A DNA stretch of 64,000 bases, from positions 198,850 through 262,849 of the forward strand of contig JAVHQC010000029.1 in the NCBI GenBank assembly GCA_036170915.1, read 5' to 3'. The stretch's first letter is position 1. The number at the start of each line of letters is the position of its first letter. This document shows positions 59,346-64,000 of this stretch, one piece after another. The position numbers and the translations under genes were made by a program. The notes below the pieces were generated by a model. That model made no database searches and had not been told where the DNA came from. It saw only the letters and a program-made list of their open reading frames with translations. Origin of the DNA: Cyanobacteria bacterium auto_48_18. GTDB lineage: Bacteria; Cyanobacteriota; Vampirovibrionia; Obscuribacterales; Obscuribacteraceae.

Positions 59346-59831
59346 TTACTGAGCGGGAGTTGCTTGGTCAGTCTGTCCTTGCGAAAGACTCTCTTTGAAG
59401 CTGCGATTACTTTCATTAACGAGCAGATCGGCATCTTCTGATTTGCCGCTCATAACCACGTAGCTCCACTCGAGCTCTGTGGTTTTAGCTGCGATTTTGT
59501 GAAAAAGCATATTGAGCAAAATATCGACCGGCTCGCCTCCCGTGGCTCCAGTTGGTGTTCCGTAGACCCTTGCTTGTAGGCGGCCTTCGCCGGCACGATC
59601 ATAAGTAATTCGCCAGCGGCAGCCAGCAACAGCTACCTGCGAAAGAATGTGTCTCACTCTGGCCATCGCTTCTTCTTGATCAAGATAAAAACTTTGAGCC
59701 GGGGGAATTCTTCCTGACGGAGCGCGGTTGCGCCCTTTAGTAATACTAGACAGAGTCAACAATGCCGCTACTGCAGCCAGCCCGCCGGTAAGCACGCAAA
59801 TGACAAGAATAGTAGAACTTGCATCACTCAA
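59346..59831 (-). CDS. Membrane-anchored hypothetical protein (paralog 1, no zinc ribbon)
   Basis: N-terminal TM; 'RIPPA...W.I...TELEWSYVV' shared with the neighbours. Confidence 0.72.
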   Translation of the reverse strand: MSDASSTILVICVLTGGLAAVAALLTLSSITKGRNRAPSGRIPPAQSFYLDQEEAMARVRHILSQVAVAGCRWRITYDRAGEGRLQARVYGTPTGATGGEPVDILLNMLFHKIAAKTTELEWSYVVMSGKSEDADLLVNESNRSFKESLSQGQTDQATPAQ

Positions 59832-59846
59832 TGATTTTTCCTCAAA

Positions 59847-60950
59847 TTATTTCTTGCGTTTATACCATGGTCGATTGACCACAGTGGCAGCAACTTTTGT
59901 ATCGCGAATACCAATGCTCAGCTCTGTTCCTACCTTAGTCAAGTCTTTGGGCACCATCGCAAAAGCAAGTGGATAGCCAACAAACACACCTGGCGCTCCG
60001 CTGGTGACTTTGCCCACTTCTTTCTCTCCATGATAGACAGTGTAACCCTGTCTAGGAGCCGCTTTACCGTCACCCTTGAGGCATACGATTTGTCGCGTCA
60101 AGCCGCCAGCTTTTTGAGTTGCTAAAACCTCGCGACCAATAAAATCGCCTTTCTCAGGTTTGACGCTCCAACCGAGGCCAGATTCTATAGGGCTGATATC
60201 GCGCTCTAGTTCATGACCATACAGTGGTAGACCCGCTTCCAAACGCAATGTGTCACGAGCGCCAAGACCGCAAGCCTCGATACCTTTAGGCTGGCCGCGC
60301 TCCAGAAGCAAATTCCAGAGCCATTCGGCTTTGGTGGCAGGCACAAAAATTTCAAATCCGTCTTCACCGGTGTAACCAGTGCGACCGAAACTAAATGTGG
60401 TGCCGTCGATAGTCGCTTCTCCATAACCGAATGACGGCAATTGCGATACCCAATCACCGACTATTTCGCTCAACAGAGGCACGGCATCTGGGCCTTGCAA
60501 AGCGAGCAGACCCAACTGGTCTGAAATATTCTCCAACTTAACGTCAAATTTGCTGGTATGGCTATTGATCCACTCCCAGTCTTTATCGATATTTGAGGCG
60601 TTTACAACCAGTAGAAAATCATTTTTGCGACGATAAACAATCAAATCATCGACGGTGCCGCCGTCTTCATAGCAGAGCTGAGAATAAAGCGCCCGATCTA
60701 CAGTGGCCAATCGATTCAAATCGTCGGCGATGATGTATTGCACAAAGTCATGTGCGCCGGGGCCGGTGACAAGAAATTCGCCCATGTGCGAAACATCAAA
60801 AAGGCCAACTTTTTGCCGTGTTGCCATGTGCTCGGCAATAATGCTTTTGTATTGAACCGGCATATTCCAACCGGCAAAATCAACCATTTTGGCTGAGAGC
60901 TTGCGGTGAGCTGAAGCTAACGGGGTTTCCCTTAGAGTGGATGTCACCAT
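59847..60950 (-). CDS. gcvT: Glycine cleavage system aminomethyltransferase T
   Basis: 'FAGWNMPVQY', 'LFDVSHMG', 'RTGYTGEDGFE', 'GLGARDTLRLEAG'. Confidence 0.97.
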   Translation of the reverse strand: MVTSTLRETPLASAHRKLSAKMVDFAGWNMPVQYKSIIAEHMATRQKVGLFDVSHMGEFLVTGPGAHDFVQYIIADDLNRLATVDRALYSQLCYEDGGTVDDLIVYRRKNDFLLVVNASNIDKDWEWINSHTSKFDVKLENISDQLGLLALQGPDAVPLLSEIVGDWVSQLPSFGYGEATIDGTTFSFGRTGYTGEDGFEIFVPATKAEWLWNLLLERGQPKGIEACGLGARDTLRLEAGLPLYGHELERDISPIESGLGWSVKPEKGDFIGREVLATQKAGGLTRQIVCLKGDGKAAPRQGYTVYHGEKEVGKVTSGAPGVFVGYPLAFAMVPKDLTKVGTELSIGIRDTKVAATVVNRPWYKRKK

Positions 60951-61145
60951 GACCGAACCTCTTGTAAATTGCCAGTAGAATTTGAGCTTATTATGTAGTG
61001 GTTAAAGATACCACCGGATGGCCTGCAGGCATATACGCCCAGGGCTTTTTCTTTCCAGGAAAGGAAAACCTAAAGGTCTATGCCGTGCGTCTGAAACGAA
61101 ATCGACAGGGCGGTCTGGTAAAACGATGACATCGACTACCAGAAA

Positions 61146-63482
61146 ATGCGGGCACCCCCCTTTATGTTTTACCTGTTTGTTTTCCTCGGCGGATTTACTT
61201 CGCTCGTGTATCAGGTAATTTGGCAGAGGTTGGCCGCCTTTTCGCTTGGTTCTGACGCGGGGGCTGCAGCTGTCGTGGCAGCAGCATTTATGACGGGTCT
61301 AGGCTCTGGCAGCCTGACCGGGGCACTCCTGGGCAAAAAATTCAACCAAAAAAATTGCGTTATCGCCCTTTTCCTTCTAGAAATGGGTATCGCAGTTTTA
61401 GGCCTGTTGAGTCTGCCGCTTCTCTATCAATACTTCTACCGGCAGCTAAGCGGCACAATTTCATTTCAAATATTAGGGCCCATTGTATTTGCTGTTCTGA
61501 CTCTTCCTGCATTTTTCATGGGTGTCGGTTTTCCGTTACTTACCAAAGTAGCTGTGACAAACTCAGAAGACGCAGCTACAAAAATTTCTATTCTATACGC
61601 TGTGAACACCTTTGGTGCGGCTCTGGGTGCACTTCTAGGCGGGCTTGTACTTATGCGACACTGGGGCCTAGATGTTGCCACCAGTATCACCGCAGTCCTA
61701 AATTTAGTGGCTGCACTAACAATTCTGCCGAGCCTGAAAACGATCAAAAAAGCTGACGCTGATTCGCTTCAGCAGAATGAAACTCAAAAGGAATTATTGT
61801 TAACGAATGCTCCTGCAGAGGCGACTCTTGAAGCAATAACTTTTGCACAGAAAGCTTTTGCGAGCCAGCAGTCATTTCGAGCTTGGTGTTTGCTATATCT
61901 GCTTTCAGGCTTTGTCAATTTAGGGCTAGAGCTGATTTGGTTCAGATTATTGGGCATCATGGTTAAAGCCAACACTTTCTCTTTCAGCTGGCTTCTCTTT
62001 TTCTATTTGAGTGGCTTGGCAGCTGGCGCTCTTTTTGCAGCAACCAAATTGAGGAAAGCAACAGGGCAATCCTTTTTGATTTTGCAACTGGCGTTAACGG
62101 CGTATACAGTTATTTTTCTCAGCGTGATATATCGCGAAGCTCAGCCAGGAGCCTCTCTCACATGGCTTTACGAATACTTTGGAGCATACAATCCTCTCGA
62201 TTTGAAAAGCTATGGCCTTGAAGCTTTATTCTCACCTGAGGGAGACCTCTTTCGTGCACTCTACCTGGGTCTGGGTCTGCTCTTGGTCGTTCCTCCCACT
62301 TTTATGATGGGTGTGTCTTTTTACTGTCTACAGAACTCAGTTCAAAATGACATCAACATGGTTAGCCGCAAAGTCGGAATTTTGCAGATGTGCAATATTT
62401 TGGGCGGAACTATAGCGCTGCTGTTTCTTGGCCTCTGGGGCCTGAAATATCTTGGTACCTTCAATTCACTAATGATACTGTGCGCAGTCAATCAAATCTT
62501 TTTGCCAGTTTTCTTTTTCATTGAGTACAAGAAAAATCAAACCAGTGAGATGAAATACCGTTGCATCACAAGATGTTTGTTATTTGCCACACTCTCTATT
62601 CTGCCTTGCATGGCGCTTCCAAGTGCTCAGGTCATGTGGAACGTTTTACATGGAAGCAAAAGCAGTTTTGCCTACGAAGAAGACCACACCGGTATTGCTG
62701 CAGTGCAAAGTGCCTATGACGATAAATATTTTGTATTCGTCAATGGTGAAGGACACTCCGAAATACCATTTGGTAGTTATCATTCGCAAGTTGGCCTGGT
62801 GCCACTTTTCCTTCACGACAATCCCGAAGATATTGCCATCATCGGACTTGGTTCAGGTGATACATGTTATTCAGCGTCGTCTCACCGCAAGACTAAGTCA
62901 ATTACCTGCATAGAAATCATAGAAGCAGAGCTCAAGCTGCTAAAGAAGCACGCTGAGAAAACCAACTATGAGCCCTTGAAAGTTCTGTTTAGTGACCCCA
63001 GAATTAAATTCGTACCTGGTGATGGACGCCGTTATATTAGGGGCTCCGGCCAGAAGTTTGATATTATCCAGGCGGATGCATTAAGGCCATTTACATCAAG
63101 GGCAGGCATGCTCTACTCGCAAGAGTATTTTCGAGGAATGAAAAAGAGCCTCAAGCCTGGTGGCTTTCTAGTCACATGGCTACCCACAAGACGCACCTAT
63201 GACACCTTCCGTAGCGTCTTTCCCGAGCACTTAAATTTTGGCAATACCGCTATCGGCAGTAATCAGCCAATCAATCTGAATATTGCCAAAGCTTTAGCAC
63301 GGTATAAAGAATACTGTTTGCATGAAAGAGTGCAGGCGACTGGCCACGATGGCGCAGAGCTGGTTAGTCAATTTCTCACAACTCTTTTACCAAATGATAG
63401 AAGTGAAATTAAACCTGAAAACAATAATCAAGATCTCTTTCCGCGCGATGAGTTCTTGCTGCCACAGCTTAAACTGCCATAG
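61146..63482 (+). CDS. Multi-TM membrane protein fused to a spermidine-synthase-like SAM-dependent domain
   Basis: Two 'SLVYQVIW.R'/'LGLELIW.R' TM repeats with 'LYAVNTFGAALG'; C-terminal 'IIGLGSG', 'IEI', 'DGR', 'FDII'; ATG 61164 is an alternative start. Confidence 0.88.
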   Translation: MRAPPFMFYLFVFLGGFTSLVYQVIWQRLAAFSLGSDAGAAAVVAAAFMTGLGSGSLTGALLGKKFNQKNCVIALFLLEMGIAVLGLLSLPLLYQYFYRQLSGTISFQILGPIVFAVLTLPAFFMGVGFPLLTKVAVTNSEDAATKISILYAVNTFGAALGALLGGLVLMRHWGLDVATSITAVLNLVAALTILPSLKTIKKADADSLQQNETQKELLLTNAPAEATLEAITFAQKAFASQQSFRAWCLLYLLSGFVNLGLELIWFRLLGIMVKANTFSFSWLLFFYLSGLAAGALFAATKLRKATGQSFLILQLALTAYTVIFLSVIYREAQPGASLTWLYEYFGAYNPLDLKSYGLEALFSPEGDLFRALYLGLGLLLVVPPTFMMGVSFYCLQNSVQNDINMVSRKVGILQMCNILGGTIALLFLGLWGLKYLGTFNSLMILCAVNQIFLPVFFFIEYKKNQTSEMKYRCITRCLLFATLSILPCMALPSAQVMWNVLHGSKSSFAYEEDHTGIAAVQSAYDDKYFVFVNGEGHSEIPFGSYHSQVGLVPLFLHDNPEDIAIIGLGSGDTCYSASSHRKTKSITCIEIIEAELKLLKKHAEKTNYEPLKVLFSDPRIKFVPGDGRRYIRGSGQKFDIIQADALRPFTSRAGMLYSQEYFRGMKKSLKPGGFLVTWLPTRRTYDTFRSVFPEHLNFGNTAIGSNQPINLNIAKALARYKEYCLHERVQATGHDGAELVSQFLTTLLPNDRSEIKPENNNQDLFPRDEFLLPQLKLP

Positions 63483-63547
63483 ACGTGTACACCGGCTGCA
63501 CCGCCAATGGTGCGCTTTTTGCAATAAACGCATGTCGGTTCCCCAAT

Positions 63548-63581
63548 AAAAAAGCGAGAGGCTTTTTGCACCTCTCGCTTT
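63548..63581. terminator. Rho-independent terminator, probably bidirectional
   Basis: AAAGCGAGAGG...CCTCTCGCTTT with an A tract on the left. Confidence 0.8.
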
Positions 63582-63592
63582 AAGCAAGCTAT

Positions 63593-64000
63593 TTAGGCAG
63601 CTTGCTGGCCTTCTTCTCCGGCTTCTGCTGGAGGTTCTTCAACAGGTGCAGCAGCCGCTTCTTCTTCGGTTACTGCTTCTTCTTCCTTAGCCTCATCTTC
63701 AGCTGCTTCGTCTTCAGCTGCAGGCTCTTCTTTCGCTTCTTCGTCTTCAGCTACAGGTGCTTCTTCTTCCTTCGCTTCTTCGTTTTCAGCTACTGCGTCT
63801 TCTTCTTTCGCTTCTTCGTCTTCAGCTACAGGTGCTTCTTCTTCTTTCGCTTCTTCGTCTTCTGCTACAGGAACTTCTTCTTCTTTCGCTTCTTCGTCTT
63901 CTGCTACAGGAGCTTCTTCTTCTTTCGCTTCTTCATCTTCAGCTGCAGGAGCTTCTTCTTCTTTCGCTTCTTCATCTTCAGCTGCAGGAGCTTCTTCTTC
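63593..64000 (-). CDS. 3' end of a highly acidic repeat protein (start lies outside the window)
   Basis: Open minus frame ending '...EEPPAEAGEEGQQAA*' with TAA at 63595-63593; EEEAP(V/A)AEDEEAK repeats. Confidence 0.8.
   Translation of the reverse strand, partial: EEEAPAAEDEEAKEEEAPAAEDEEAKEEEAPVAEDEEAKEEEVPVAEDEEAKEEEAPVAEDEEAKEEDAVAENEEAKEEEAPVAEDEEAKEEPAAEDEAAEDEAKEEEAVTEEEAAAAPVEEPPAEAGEEGQQAA
63715..64000 (-). repeat. 39-bp (13-codon) tandem repeat, about seven copies, running off the window edge
   Basis: Recurring TTCTTCTTCTTTCGCTTCTTC(G/A)TCTTC(A/T)GCT(A/G)CAGG. Confidence 0.9.

Noticed and set aside
60951..61145. Glycine riboswitch upstream of gcvT
   Set aside because: No GGAGA...GCCGAAG...CTCTCAGG pattern on the minus strand

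Overview
Bacterial chromosomal window, roughly mid-GC. It most resembles a non-photosynthetic cyanobacterial relative (Melainabacteria/Vampirovibrionia, Obscuribacterales-like); this is inferred from protein families only. Bases 1-13.5 kb form a potassium island: an APC-fold transporter, a truncated KdpD-like kinase and a KdpE-like regulator, then a hypothetical gene, two ~30-codon membrane-peptide genes missed by the ORF track (one is kdpF), kdpABC and a second, full kdpDE. Tandem TCTTGA direct repeats at ~11-bp spacing precede both the hypothetical gene and the kdp operon. The rest is housekeeping and envelope genes (kdsB, nagB, cyclophilin, dnaK, ffh-rpsP-khpA, gcvT/gcvH, acyl-CoA dehydrogenase, glycosyltransferases) mixed with lineage-specific hypotheticals. 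Other notable items: a kdsB/His-phosphatase/zeta-like kinase operon, a MerR-HTH/VIT-vWA pair with a visible operator, an HxlR/DinB divergon with twin palindromes, three tandem paralogs between gcvT and gcvH, two palindromic intergenic elements and a candidate structured RNA near 20.1-20.3 kb. I recognised no tRNA, rRNA, CRISPR array or transposase. All family calls come from motifs recognised by eye, not from database searches.
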